Source of the DNA: Lytechinus pictus | Lineage: Eukaryota | Length of the DNA stretch: 64,000 nt | Direction of reading: 5' to 3' | NCBI RefSeq assembly: GCF_037042905.1 | Contig: NC_087245.1 | Span: forward strand, 43,464,001 to 43,528,000 | Shown: positions 26,685 through 40,100 of the stretch, one piece after another | Position numbering within the stretch: position 1 is the stretch's first letter | Layout: each line of letters starts with the position of its first letter | Made by a program: the position numbers and the translations under genes | The notes under the pieces: model-generated | Database searches by the model: none | Seen by the model: only the letters and a program-made list of their open reading frames with translations | Told to the model about the DNA's origin: nothing

Positions 26685-27154
26685 GGGAACACATGAGTAT
26701 TACAGACCCCCATTGACTCACGTGTTAAATCATAGCTCATCAAAAAATCATCAAAAATCAATCCCACGATAGATTTTGCTTTAATTCTCTGACATTTGTC
26801 ACAATCAACGGTACATTAAGACCTGATATGTTAATCGGGTACTTGCCCGGCTCAATCAAAAGTTAAGTGGCCTGAAATAAGACTAACCATAATTTCGGCC
26901 AGTTCATCGCCAGAAAAACCCGAACTGCATTGTGGGTAATAATAATTAAAATGAAATACAAAAATGCAGTTTAGCCTCCCCAAAGGCCTTAATTATGAAA
27001 GAGTATGAACATGACATTGTTTCTATCATTTATATTTTGATATACAAACATTTTGTCCATTTTTAATGAATTATTTTAATCAATAAAGTCATGTGATCTT
27101 TACTTACGCCTGTCCGACATGCTTTGCGCGCGGTTGAATTACTCTCATGTGCCC
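26685..27154. mobile_element. Module A: 470-bp MITE-like element with GGG...CCC ends and 4-bp TATA duplication (first copy; repeated through the array)
   Basis: Imperfect TIR GGGAACACATGAGTATT vs GGGCACATGAGAGTAATT (reverse complement of right end); filled site ggTATA-A-TATActg vs empty site ggTATActg. A 4-bp TSD with GRG termini is compatible with Sola2; family unconfirmed. Confidence 0.8.
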
Positions 27155-27158
27155 TATA

Positions 27159-28147
27159 CTGAGGGTCGAACAAAGAAAAGTTGAATATTTTGGTCTCAAA
27201 AGAAAGAGTGGGTTCTCCTGAAAAGATTGATACCTTGCATTCAATACCTAATCTGACTAAACGCGTTAAAAGAAAAGAAAACGTCTCATTAGACGCCCCT
27301 CATTTTAATGTAAAAATACAGTGTTCCATTCACATAATTTGTGCGCTTCCTATAGGCTATGGTATTGCAGCTACAAGTTCTACTTGTTTGATGTCCATCA
27401 ATGGGCTAAAATATATATTGTGTGGAGTTAAAACTTCTTGTTAGCATGTTTAATTTTGTTCGAAGTGATTTATTACCTTTTTTATTCGCATAAAAATAAA
27501 CAAAGTAAATAAAAGAAAATTGATAACAAACAAAGAGTGTACGCAATTCTTGTGCTCATATCGCCTCTATTCCTCATTATAACTCACGAGCTGGAGGGGG
27601 GGTGCTATAGATATATACCATCAACCCCGCCCTGCTTACAAGACAGGAGGATGAGGTGTGTACCCCGACTCAGCTCCCCCCCCCCCCCCGCGCGTATATA
27701 GCTTTCAACGAAGTGAATAGTATTCAAGTGCGCGATCCACATCTGACTGAGACAAGTTTATGTATTTTAATGTTTTGTTCATCTTTCTTTCTCGGCGTGC
27801 TCTTAACACTAAAATTGGGAATCCTTGATGATAATTAGTAATTATTTATCATTTTAAAATCCCTACTTATTTCATTTCACACTCTCAAACCAACCAGATC
27901 TGATCTCCTGTTAGCAGTAGAAACTCGCATTTCTGCATGATAAATGATAATAAGCATTGAATATGCATTTGAAAGCGTCATTTCATCATAGTAAGCGATA
28001 AATGCACTAAATGCCGAGTTATATACCGAACAACTGTTGTCAAACATAACCTATTTCATTGTATAAAACTGTTTAAAGCATTCCATCACTGATTTCTAGC
28101 AGACGACGCTCAGCCTTAGCAACGAATGTGTTGAAGTGTAGTCGCGG
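27159..28147 (+). repeat. Module B: ~989-bp unit (first copy) with internal hairpin and variable poly-C
   Basis: Delimited by TATA at both ends in every unit. Confidence 0.9.
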
Positions 28148-31100
28148 TATAGGGAACACATGAGTATTACAGACCCCCATTGACTCACGTGTTAAATCAT
28201 AGCTCATCAAAAAATCATCAAAAATCAATCCCACGATAGATTTTGCTTTAATTCTCTGACATTTGTCACAATCAACGGTACATTAAGACCTGATATGTTA
28301 ATCGGGTACTTGCCCGGCTCAATCAAAAGTTAAGTGGCCTGAAATAAGACTAACCATAATTTCGGCCAGTTCATCGCCAGAAAAACCCGAACTGCATTGT
28401 GGGTAATAATAATTAAAATGAAATACAAAAATGCAGTTTAGCCTCCCCAAAGGCCTTAATTATGAAAGAGTATGAACATGACATTGTTTCTATCATTTAT
28501 ATTTTGATATACAAACATTTTGTCCATTTTTAATGAATTATTTTAATCAATAAAGTCATGTGATCTTTACTTACGCCTGTCCGACATGCTTTGCGCGCGG
28601 TTGAATTACTCTCATGTGCCCTATACTGAGGGTCGAACAAAGAAAAGTTGAATATTTTGGTCTCAAAAGAAAGAGTGGGTTCTCCTGAAAAGATTGATAC
28701 CTTGCATTCAATACCTAATCTGACTAAACGCGTTAAAAGAAAAGAAAACGTCTCATTAGACGCCCCTCATTTTAATGTAAAAATACAGTGTTCCATTCAC
28801 ATAATTTGTGCGCTTCCTATAGGCTATGGTATTGCAGCTACAAGTTCTACTTGTTTGATGTCCATCAATGGGCTAAAATATATATTGTGTGGAGTTAAAA
28901 CTTCTTGTTAGCATGTTTAATTTTGTTCGAAGTGATTTATTACCTTTTTTATTCGCATAAAAATAAACAAAGTAAATAAAAGAAAATTGATAACAAACAA
29001 AGAGTGTACGCAATTCTTGTGCTCATATCGCCTCTATTCCTCATTATAACTCACGAGCTGGAGGGGGGGTGCTATAGATATATACCATCAACCCCGCCCT
29101 GCTTACAAGACAGGAGGATGAGGTGTGTACCCCGACTCAGCTCCCCCCCCCCCGCGCGTATATAGCTTTCAACGAAGTGAATAGTATTCAAGTGCGCGAT
29201 CCACATCTGACTGAGACAAGTTTATGTATTTTAATGTTTTGTTCATCTTTCTTTCTCGGCGTGCTCTTAACACTAAAATTGGGAATCCTTGATGATAATT
29301 AGTAATTATTTATCATTTTAAAATCCCTACTTATTTCATTTCACACTCTCAAACCAACCAGATCTGATCTCCTGTTAGCAGTAGAAACTCGCATTTCTGC
29401 ATGATAAATGATAATAAGCATTGAATATGCATTTGAAAGCGTCATTTCATCATAGTAAGCGATAAATGCACTAAATGCCGAGTTATATACCGAACAACTG
29501 TTGTCAAACATAACCTATTTCATTGTATAAAACTGTTTAAAGCATTCCATCACTGATTTCTAGCAGACGACGCTCAGCCTTAGCAACGAATGTGTTGAAG
29601 TGTAGTCGCGGTATAGGGAACACATGAGTATTACAGACCCCCATTGACTCACGTGTTAAATCATAGCTCATCAAAAAATCATCAAAAATCAATCCCACGA
29701 TAGATTTTGCTTTAATTCTCTGACATTTGTCACAATCAACGGTACATTAAGACCTGATATGTTAATCGGGTACTTGCCCGGCTCAATCAAAAGTTAAGTG
29801 GCCTGAAATAAGACTAACCATAATTTCGGCCAGTTCATCGCCAGAAAAACCCGAACTGCATTGTGGGTAATAATAATTAAAATGAAATACAAAAATGCAG
29901 TTTAGCCTCCCCAAAGGCCTTAATTATGAAAGAGTATGAACATGACATTGTTTCTATCATTTATATTTTGATATACAAACATTTTGTCCATTTTTAATGA
30001 ATTATTTTAATCAATAAAGTCATGTGATCTTTACTTACGCCTGTCCGACATGCTTTGCGCGCGGTTGAATTACTCTCATGTGCCCTATACTGAGGGTCGA
30101 ACAAAGAAAAGTTGAATATTTTGGTCTCAAAAGAAAGAGTGGGTTCTCCTGAAAAGATTGATACCTTGCATTCAATACCTAATCTGACTAAACGCGTTAA
30201 AAGAAAAGAAAACGTCTCATTAGACGCCCCTCATTTTAATGTAAAAATACAGTGTTCCATTCACATAATTTGTGCGCTTCCTATAGGCTATGGTATTGCA
30301 GCTACAAGTTCTACTTGTTTGATGTCCATCAATGGGCTAAAATATATATTGTGTGGAGTTAAAACTTCTTGTTAGCATGTTTAATTTTGTTCGAAGTGAT
30401 TTATTACCTTTTTTATTCGCATAAAAATAAACAAAGTAAATAAAAGAAAATTGATAACAAACAAAGAGTGTACGCAATTCTTGTGCTCATATCGCCTCTA
30501 TTCCTCATTATAACTCACGAGCTGGAGGGGGGGTGCTATAGATATATACCATCAACCCCGCCCTGCTTACAAGACAGGAGGATGAGGTGTGTACCCCGAC
30601 TCAGCTCCCCCCCCCCCCCGCGCGTATATAGCTTTCAACGAAGTGAATAGTATTCAAGTGCGCGATCCACATCTGACTGAGACAAGTTTATGTATTTTAA
30701 TGTTTTGTTCATCTTTCTTTCTCGGCGTGCTCTTAACACTAAAATTGGGAATCCTTGATGATAATTAGTAATTATTTATCATTTTAAAATCCCTACTTAT
30801 TTCATTTCACACTCTCAAACCAACCAGATCTGATCTCCTGTTAGCAGTAGAAACTCGCATTTCTGCATGATAAATGATAATAAGCATTGAATATGCATTT
30901 GAAAGCGTCATTTCATCATAGTAAGCGATAAATGCACTAAATGCCGAGTTATATACCGAACAACTGTTGTCAAACATAACCTATTTCATTGTATAAAACT
31001 GTTTAAAGCATTCCATCACTGATTTCTAGCAGACGACGCTCAGCCTTAGCAACGAATGTGTTGAAGTGTAGTCGCGGTATAGGGAACACATGAGTATTAC

Positions 31101-34100
31101 AGACCCCCATTGACTCACGTGTTAAATCATAGCTCATCAAAAAATCATCAAAAATCAATCCCACGATAGATTTTGCTTTAATTCTCTGACATTTGTCACA
31201 ATCAACGGTACATTAAGACCTGATATGTTAATCGGGTACTTGCCCGGCTCAATCAAAAGTTAAGTGGCCTGAAATAAGACTAACCATAATTTCGGCCAGT
31301 TCATCGCCAGAAAAACCCGAACTGCATTGTGGGTAATAATAATTAAAATGAAATACAAAAATGCAGTTTAGCCTCCCCAAAGGCCTTAATTATGAAAGAG
31401 TATGAACATGACATTGTTTCTATCATTTATATTTTGATATACAAACATTTTGTCCATTTTTAATGAATTATTTTAATCAATAAAGTCATGTGATCTTTAC
31501 TTACGCCTGTCCGACATGCTTTGCGCGCGGTTGAATTACTCTCATGTGCCCTATACTGAGGGTCGAACAAAGAAAAGTTGAATATTTTGGTCTCAAAAGA
31601 AAGAGTGGGTTCTCCTGAAAAGATTGATACCTTGCATTCAATACCTAATCTGACTAAACGCGTTAAAAGAAAAGAAAACGTCTCATTAGACGCCCCTCAT
31701 TTTAATGTAAAAATACAGTGTTCCATTCACATAATTTGTGCGCTTCCTATAGGCTATGGTATTGCAGCTACAAGTTCTACTTGTTTGATGTCCATCAATG
31801 GGCTAAAATATATATTGTGTGGAGTTAAAACTTCTTGTTAGCATGTTTAATTTTGTTCGAAGTGATTTATTACCTTTTTTATTCGCATAAAAATAAACAA
31901 AGTAAATAAAAGAAAATTGATAACAAACAAAGAGTGTACGCAATTCTTGTGCTCATATCGCCTCTATTCCTCATTATAACTCACGAGCTGGAGGGGGGGT
32001 GCTATAGATATATACCATCAACCCCGCCCTGCTTACAAGACAGGAGGATGAGGTGTGTACCCCGACTCAGCTCCCCCCCCCCCCCCCGCGCGTATATAGC
32101 TTTCAACGAAGTGAATAGTATTCAAGTGCGCGATCCACATCTGACTGAGACAAGTTTATGTATTTTAATGTTTTGTTCATCTTTCTTTCTCGGCGTGCTC
32201 TTAACACTAAAATTGGGAATCCTTGATGATAATTAGTAATTATTTATCATTTTAAAATCCCTACTTATTTCATTTCACACTCTCAAACCAACCAGATCTG
32301 ATCTCCTGTTAGCAGTAGAAACTCGCATTTCTGCATGATAAATGATAATAAGCATTGAATATGCATTTGAAAGCGTCATTTCATCATAGTAAGCGATAAA
32401 TGCACTAAATGCCGAGTTATATACCGAACAACTGTTGTCAAACATAACCTATTTCATTGTATAAAACTGTTTAAAGCATTCCATCACTGATTTCTAGCAG
32501 ACGACGCTCAGCCTTAGCAACGAATGTGTTGAAGTGTAGTCGCGGTATAGGGAACACATGAGTATTACAGACCCCCATTGACTCACGTGTTAAATCATAG
32601 CTCATCAAAAAATCATCAAAAATCAATCCCACGATAGATTTTGCTTTAATTCTCTGACATTTGTCACAATCAACGGTACATTAAGACCTGATATGTTAAT
32701 CGGGTACTTGCCCGGCTCAATCAAAAGTTAAGTGGCCTGAAATAAGACTAACCATAATTTCGGCCAGTTCATCGCCAGAAAAACCCGAACTGCATTGTGG
32801 GTAATAATAATTAAAATGAAATACAAAAATGCAGTTTAGCCTCCCCAAAGGCCTTAATTATGAAAGAGTATGAACATGACATTGTTTCTATCATTTATAT
32901 TTTGATATACAAACATTTTGTCCATTTTTAATGAATTATTTTAATCAATAAAGTCATGTGATCTTTACTTACGCCTGTCCGACATGCTTTGCGCGCGGTT
33001 GAATTACTCTCATGTGCCCTATACTGAGGGTCGAACAAAGAAAAGTTGAATATTTTGGTCTCAAAAGAAAGAGTGGGTTCTCCTGAAAAGATTGATACCT
33101 TGCATTCAATACCTAATCTGACTAAACGCGTTAAAAGAAAAGAAAACGTCTCATTAGACGCCCCTCATTTTAATGTAAAAATACAGTGTTCCATTCACAT
33201 AATTTGTGCGCTTCCTATAGGCTATGGTATTGCAGCTACAAGTTCTACTTGTTTGATGTCCATCAATGGGCTAAAATATATATTGTGTGGAGTTAAAACT
33301 TCTTGTTAGCATGTTTAATTTTGTTCGAAGTGATTTATTACCTTTTTTATTCGCATAAAAATAAACAAAGTAAATAAAAGAAAATTGATAACAAACAAAG
33401 AGTGTACGCAATTCTTGTGCTCATATCGCCTCTATTCCTCATTATAACTCACGAGCTGGAGGGGGGGTGCTATAGATATATACCATCAACCCCGCCCTGC
33501 TTACAAGACAGGAGGATGAGGTGTGTACCCCGACTCAGCTCCCCCCCCCCCCCCGCGCGTATATAGCTTTCAACGAAGTGAATAGTATTCAAGTGCGCGA
33601 TCCACATCTGACTGAGACAAGTTTATGTATTTTAATGTTTTGTTCATCTTTCTTTCTCGGCGTGCTCTTAACACTAAAATTGGGAATCCTTGATGATAAT
33701 TAGTAATTATTTATCATTTTAAAATCCCTACTTATTTCATTTCACACTCTCAAACCAACCAGATCTGATCTCCTGTTAGCAGTAGAAACTCGCATTTCTG
33801 CATGATAAATGATAATAAGCATTGAATATGCATTTGAAAGCGTCATTTCATCATAGTAAGCGATAAATGCACTAAATGCCGAGTTATATACCGAACAACT
33901 GTTGTCAAACATAACCTATTTCATTGTATAAAACTGTTTAAAGCATTCCATCACTGATTTCTAGCAGACGACGCTCAGCCTTAGCAACGAATGTGTTGAA
34001 GTGTAGTCGCGGTATAGGGAACACATGAGTATTACAGACCCCCATTGACTCACGTGTTAAATCATAGCTCATCAAAAAATCATCAAAAATCAATCCCACG

Positions 34101-37100
34101 ATAGATTTTGCTTTAATTCTCTGACATTTGTCACAATCAACGGTACATTAAGACCTGATATGTTAATCGGGTACTTGCCCGGCTCAATCAAAAGTTAAGT
34201 GGCCTGAAATAAGACTAACCATAATTTCGGCCAGTTCATCGCCAGAAAAACCCGAACTGCATTGTGGGTAATAATAATTAAAATGAAATACAAAAATGCA
34301 GTTTAGCCTCCCCAAAGGCCTTAATTATGAAAGAGTATGAACATGACATTGTTTCTATCATTTATATTTTGATATACAAACATTTTGTCCATTTTTAATG
34401 AATTATTTTAATCAATAAAGTCATGTGATCTTTACTTACGCCTGTCCGACATGCTTTGCGCGCGGTTGAATTACTCTCATGTGCCCTATACTGAGGGTCG
34501 AACAAAGAAAAGTTGAATATTTTGGTCTCAAAAGAAAGAGTGGGTTCTCCTGAAAAGATTGATACCTTGCATTCAATACCTAATCTGACTAAACGCGTTA
34601 AAAGAAAAGAAAACGTCTCATTAGACGCCCCTCATTTTAATGTAAAAATACAGTGTTCCATTCACATAATTTGTGCGCTTCCTATAGGCTATGGTATTGC
34701 AGCTACAAGTTCTACTTGTTTGATGTCCATCAATGGGCTAAAATATATATTGTGTGGAGTTAAAACTTCTTGTTAGCATGTTTAATTTTGTTCGAAGTGA
34801 TTTATTACCTTTTTTATTCGCATAAAAATAAACAAAGTAAATAAAAGAAAATTGATAACAAACAAAGAGTGTACGCAATTCTTGTGCTCATATCGCCTCT
34901 ATTCCTCATTATAACTCACGAGCTGGAGGGGGGGTGCTATAGATATATACCATCAACCCCGCCCTGCTTACAAGACAGGAGGATGAGGTGTGTACCCCGA
35001 CTCAGCTCCCCCCCCCCCCCCCGCGCGTATATAGCTTTCAACGAAGTGAATAGTATTCAAGTGCGCGATCCACATCTGACTGAGACAAGTTTATGTATTT
35101 TAATGTTTTGTTCATCTTTCTTTCTCGGCGTGCTCTTAACACTAAAATTGGGAATCCTTGATGATAATTAGTAATTATTTATCATTTTAAAATCCCTACT
35201 TATTTCATTTCACACTCTCAAACCAACCAGATCTGATCTCCTGTTAGCAGTAGAAACTCGCATTTCTGCATGATAAATGATAATAAGCATTGAATATGCA
35301 TTTGAAAGCGTCATTTCATCATAGTAAGCGATAAATGCACTAAATGCCGAGTTATATACCGAACAACTGTTGTCAAACATAACCTATTTCATTGTATAAA
35401 ACTGTTTAAAGCATTCCATCACTGATTTCTAGCAGACGACGCTCAGCCTTAGCAACGAATGTGTTGAAGTGTAGTCGCGGTATAGGGAACACATGAGTAT
35501 TACAGACCCCCATTGACTCACGTGTTAAATCATAGCTCATCAAAAAATCATCAAAAATCAATCCCACGATAGATTTTGCTTTAATTCTCTGACATTTGTC
35601 ACAATCAACGGTACATTAAGACCTGATATGTTAATCGGGTACTTGCCCGGCTCAATCAAAAGTTAAGTGGCCTGAAATAAGACTAACCATAATTTCGGCC
35701 AGTTCATCGCCAGAAAAACCCGAACTGCATTGTGGGTAATAATAATTAAAATGAAATACAAAAATGCAGTTTAGCCTCCCCAAAGGCCTTAATTATGAAA
35801 GAGTATGAACATGACATTGTTTCTATCATTTATATTTTGATATACAAACATTTTGTCCATTTTTAATGAATTATTTTAATCAATAAAGTCATGTGATCTT
35901 TACTTACGCCTGTCCGACATGCTTTGCGCGCGGTTGAATTACTCTCATGTGCCCTATACTGAGGGTCGAACAAAGAAAAGTTGAATATTTTGGTCTCAAA
36001 AGAAAGAGTGGGTTCTCCTGAAAAGATTGATACCTTGCATTCAATACCTAATCTGACTAAACGCGTTAAAAGAAAAGAAAACGTCTCATTAGACGCCCCT
36101 CATTTTAATGTAAAAATACAGTGTTCCATTCACATAATTTGTGCGCTTCCTATAGGCTATGGTATTGCAGCTACAAGTTCTACTTGTTTGATGTCCATCA
36201 ATGGGCTAAAATATATATTGTGTGGAGTTAAAACTTCTTGTTAGCATGTTTAATTTTGTTCGAAGTGATTTATTACCTTTTTTATTCGCATAAAAATAAA
36301 CAAAGTAAATAAAAGAAAATTGATAACAAACAAAGAGTGTACGCAATTCTTGTGCTCATATCGCCTCTATTCCTCATTATAACTCACGAGCTGGAGGGGG
36401 GGTGCTATAGATATATACCATCAACCCCGCCCTGCTTACAAGACAGGAGGATGAGGTGTGTACCCCGACTCAGCTCCCCCCCCCCCCCCCCGCGCGTATA
36501 TAGCTTTCAACGAAGTGAATAGTATTCAAGTGCGCGATCCACATCTGACTGAGACAAGTTTATGTATTTTAATGTTTTGTTCATCTTTCTTTCTCGGCGT
36601 GCTCTTAACACTAAAATTGGGAATCCTTGATGATAATTAGTAATTATTTATCATTTTAAAATCCCTACTTATTTCATTTCACACTCTCAAACCAACCAGA
36701 TCTGATCTCCTGTTAGCAGTAGAAACTCGCATTTCTGCATGATAAATGATAATAAGCATTGAATATGCATTTGAAAGCGTCATTTCATCATAGTAAGCGA
36801 TAAATGCACTAAATGCCGAGTTATATACCGAACAACTGTTGTCAAACATAACCTATTTCATTGTATAAAACTGTTTAAAGCATTCCATCACTGATTTCTA
36901 GCAGACGACGCTCAGCCTTAGCAACGAATGTGTTGAAGTGTAGTCGCGGTATAGGGAACACATGAGTATTACAGACCCCCATTGACTCACGTGTTAAATC
37001 ATAGCTCATCAAAAAATCATCAAAAATCAATCCCACGATAGATTTTGCTTTAATTCTCTGACATTTGTCACAATCAACGGTACATTAAGACCTGATATGT

Positions 37101-40100
37101 TAATCGGGTACTTGCCCGGCTCAATCAAAAGTTAAGTGGCCTGAAATAAGACTAACCATAATTTCGGCCAGTTCATCGCCAGAAAAACCCGAACTGCATT
37201 GTGGGTAATAATAATTAAAATGAAATACAAAAATGCAGTTTAGCCTCCCCAAAGGCCTTAATTATGAAAGAGTATGAACATGACATTGTTTCTATCATTT
37301 ATATTTTGATATACAAACATTTTGTCCATTTTTAATGAATTATTTTAATCAATAAAGTCATGTGATCTTTACTTACGCCTGTCCGACATGCTTTGCGCGC
37401 GGTTGAATTACTCTCATGTGCCCTATACTGAGGGTCGAACAAAGAAAAGTTGAATATTTTGGTCTCAAAAGAAAGAGTGGGTTCTCCTGAAAAGATTGAT
37501 ACCTTGCATTCAATACCTAATCTGACTAAACGCGTTAAAAGAAAAGAAAACGTCTCATTAGACGCCCCTCATTTTAATGTAAAAATACAGTGTTCCATTC
37601 ACATAATTTGTGCGCTTCCTATAGGCTATGGTATTGCAGCTACAAGTTCTACTTGTTTGATGTCCATCAATGGGCTAAAATATATATTGTGTGGAGTTAA
37701 AACTTCTTGTTAGCATGTTTAATTTTGTTCGAAGTGATTTATTACCTTTTTTATTCGCATAAAAATAAACAAAGTAAATAAAAGAAAATTGATAACAAAC
37801 AAAGAGTGTACGCAATTCTTGTGCTCATATCGCCTCTATTCCTCATTATAACTCACGAGCTGGAGGGGGGGTGCTATAGATATATACCATCAACCCCGCC
37901 CTGCTTACAAGACAGGAGGATGAGGTGTGTACCCCGACTCAGCTCCCCCCCCCCCCCCGCGCGTATATAGCTTTCAACGAAGTGAATAGTATTCAAGTGC
38001 GCGATCCACATCTGACTGAGACAAGTTTATGTATTTTAATGTTTTGTTCATCTTTCTTTCTCGGCGTGCTCTTAACACTAAAATTGGGAATCCTTGATGA
38101 TAATTAGTAATTATTTATCATTTTAAAATCCCTACTTATTTCATTTCACACTCTCAAACCAACCAGATCTGATCTCCTGTTAGCAGTAGAAACTCGCATT
38201 TCTGCATGATAAATGATAATAAGCATTGAATATGCATTTGAAAGCGTCATTTCATCATAGTAAGCGATAAATGCACTAAATGCCGAGTTATATACCGAAC
38301 AACTGTTGTCAAACATAACCTATTTCATTGTATAAAACTGTTTAAAGCATTCCATCACTGATTTCTAGCAGACGACGCTCAGCCTTAGCAACGAATGTGT
38401 TGAAGTGTAGTCGCGGTATACTGAGGGTCGAACAAAGAAAAGTTGAATATTTTGGTCTCAAAAGAAAGAGTGGGTTCTCCTGAAAAGATTGATACCTTGC
38501 ATTCAATACCTAATCTGACTAAACGCGTTAAAAGAAAAGAAAACGTCTCATTAGACGCCCCTCATTTTAATGTAAAAATACAGTGTTCCATTCACATAAT
38601 TTGTGCGCTTCCTATAGGCTATGGTATTGCAGCTACAAGTTCTACTTGTTTGATGTCCATCAATGGGCTAAAATATATATTGTGTGGAGTTAAAACTTCT
38701 TGTTAGCATGTTTAATTTTGTTCGAAGTGATTTATTACCTTTTTTATTCGCATAAAAATAAACAAAGTAAATAAAAGAAAATTGATAACAAACAAAGAGT
38801 GTACGCAATTCTTGTGCTCATATCGCCTCTATTCCTCATTATAACTCACGAGCTGGAGGGGGGGTGCTATAGATATATACCATCAACCCCGCCCTGCTTA
38901 CAAGACAGGAGGATGAGGTGTGTACCCCGACTCAGCTCCCCCCCCCCCCGCGCGTATATAGCTTTCAACGAAGTGAATAGTATTCAAGTGCGCGATCCAC
39001 ATCTGACTGAGACAAGTTTATGTATTTTAATGTTTTGTTCATCTTTCTTTCTCGGCGTGCTCTTAACACTAAAATTGGGAATCCTTGATGATAATTAGTA
39101 ATTATTTATCATTTTAAAATCCCTACTTATTTCATTTCACACTCTCAAACCAACCAGATCTGATCTCCTGTTAGCAGTAGAAACTCGCATTTCTGCATGA
39201 TAAATGATAATAAGCATTGAATATGCATTTGAAAGCGTCATTTCATCATAGTAAGCGATAAATGCACTAAATGCCGAGTTATATACCGAACAACTGTTGT
39301 CAAACATAACCTATTTCATTGTATAAAACTGTTTAAAGCATTCCATCACTGATTTCTAGCAGACGACGCTCAGCCTTAGCAACGAATGTGTTGAAGTGTA
39401 GTCGCGGTATAGGGAACACATGAGTATTACAGACCCCCATTGACTCACGTGTTAAATCATAGCTCATCAAAAAATCATCAAAAATCAATCCCACGATAGA
39501 TTTTGCTTTAATTCTCTGACATTTGTCACAATCAACGGTACATTAAGACCTGATATGTTAATCGGGTACTTGCCCGGCTCAATCAAAAGTTAAGTGGCCT
39601 GAAATAAGACTAACCATAATTTCGGCCAGTTCATCGCCAGAAAAACCCGAACTGCATTGTGGGTAATAATAATTAAAATGAAATACAAAAATGCAGTTTA
39701 GCCTCCCCAAAGGCCTTAATTATGAAAGAGTATGAACATGACATTGTTTCTATCATTTATATTTTGATATACAAACATTTTGTCCATTTTTAATGAATTA
39801 TTTTAATCAATAAAGTCATGTGATCTTTACTTACGCCTGTCCGACATGCTTTGCGCGCGGTTGAATTACTCTCATGTGCCCTATACTGAGGGTCGAACAA
39901 AGAAAAGTTGAATATTTTGGTCTCAAAAGAAAGAGTGGGTTCTCCTGAAAAGATTGATACCTTGCATTCAATACCTAATCTGACTAAACGCGTTAAAAGA
40001 AAAGAAAACGTCTCATTAGACGCCCCTCATTTTAATGTAAAAATACAGTGTTCCATTCACATAATTTGTGCGCTTCCTATAGGCTATGGTATTGCAGCTA

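Noticed and set aside
27181..27444. 87-aa ORF repeated 27 times (plus 60-100-aa ORFs across the poly-C)
   Set aside because: Starts at TTG/GTG, has no recognisable domain, identity only reflects the DNA repeat, and the downstream ORFs frameshift with C-run length.
26685..28151. Tandem 5S rRNA, U1/U2/U6 snRNA, tRNA or histone gene repeat (unit size is suggestive)
   Set aside because: No recognisable sequence on either strand; only short chance matches (ctaaaattgg resembling U6, tacttac resembling U1). An Rfam scan would settle it.
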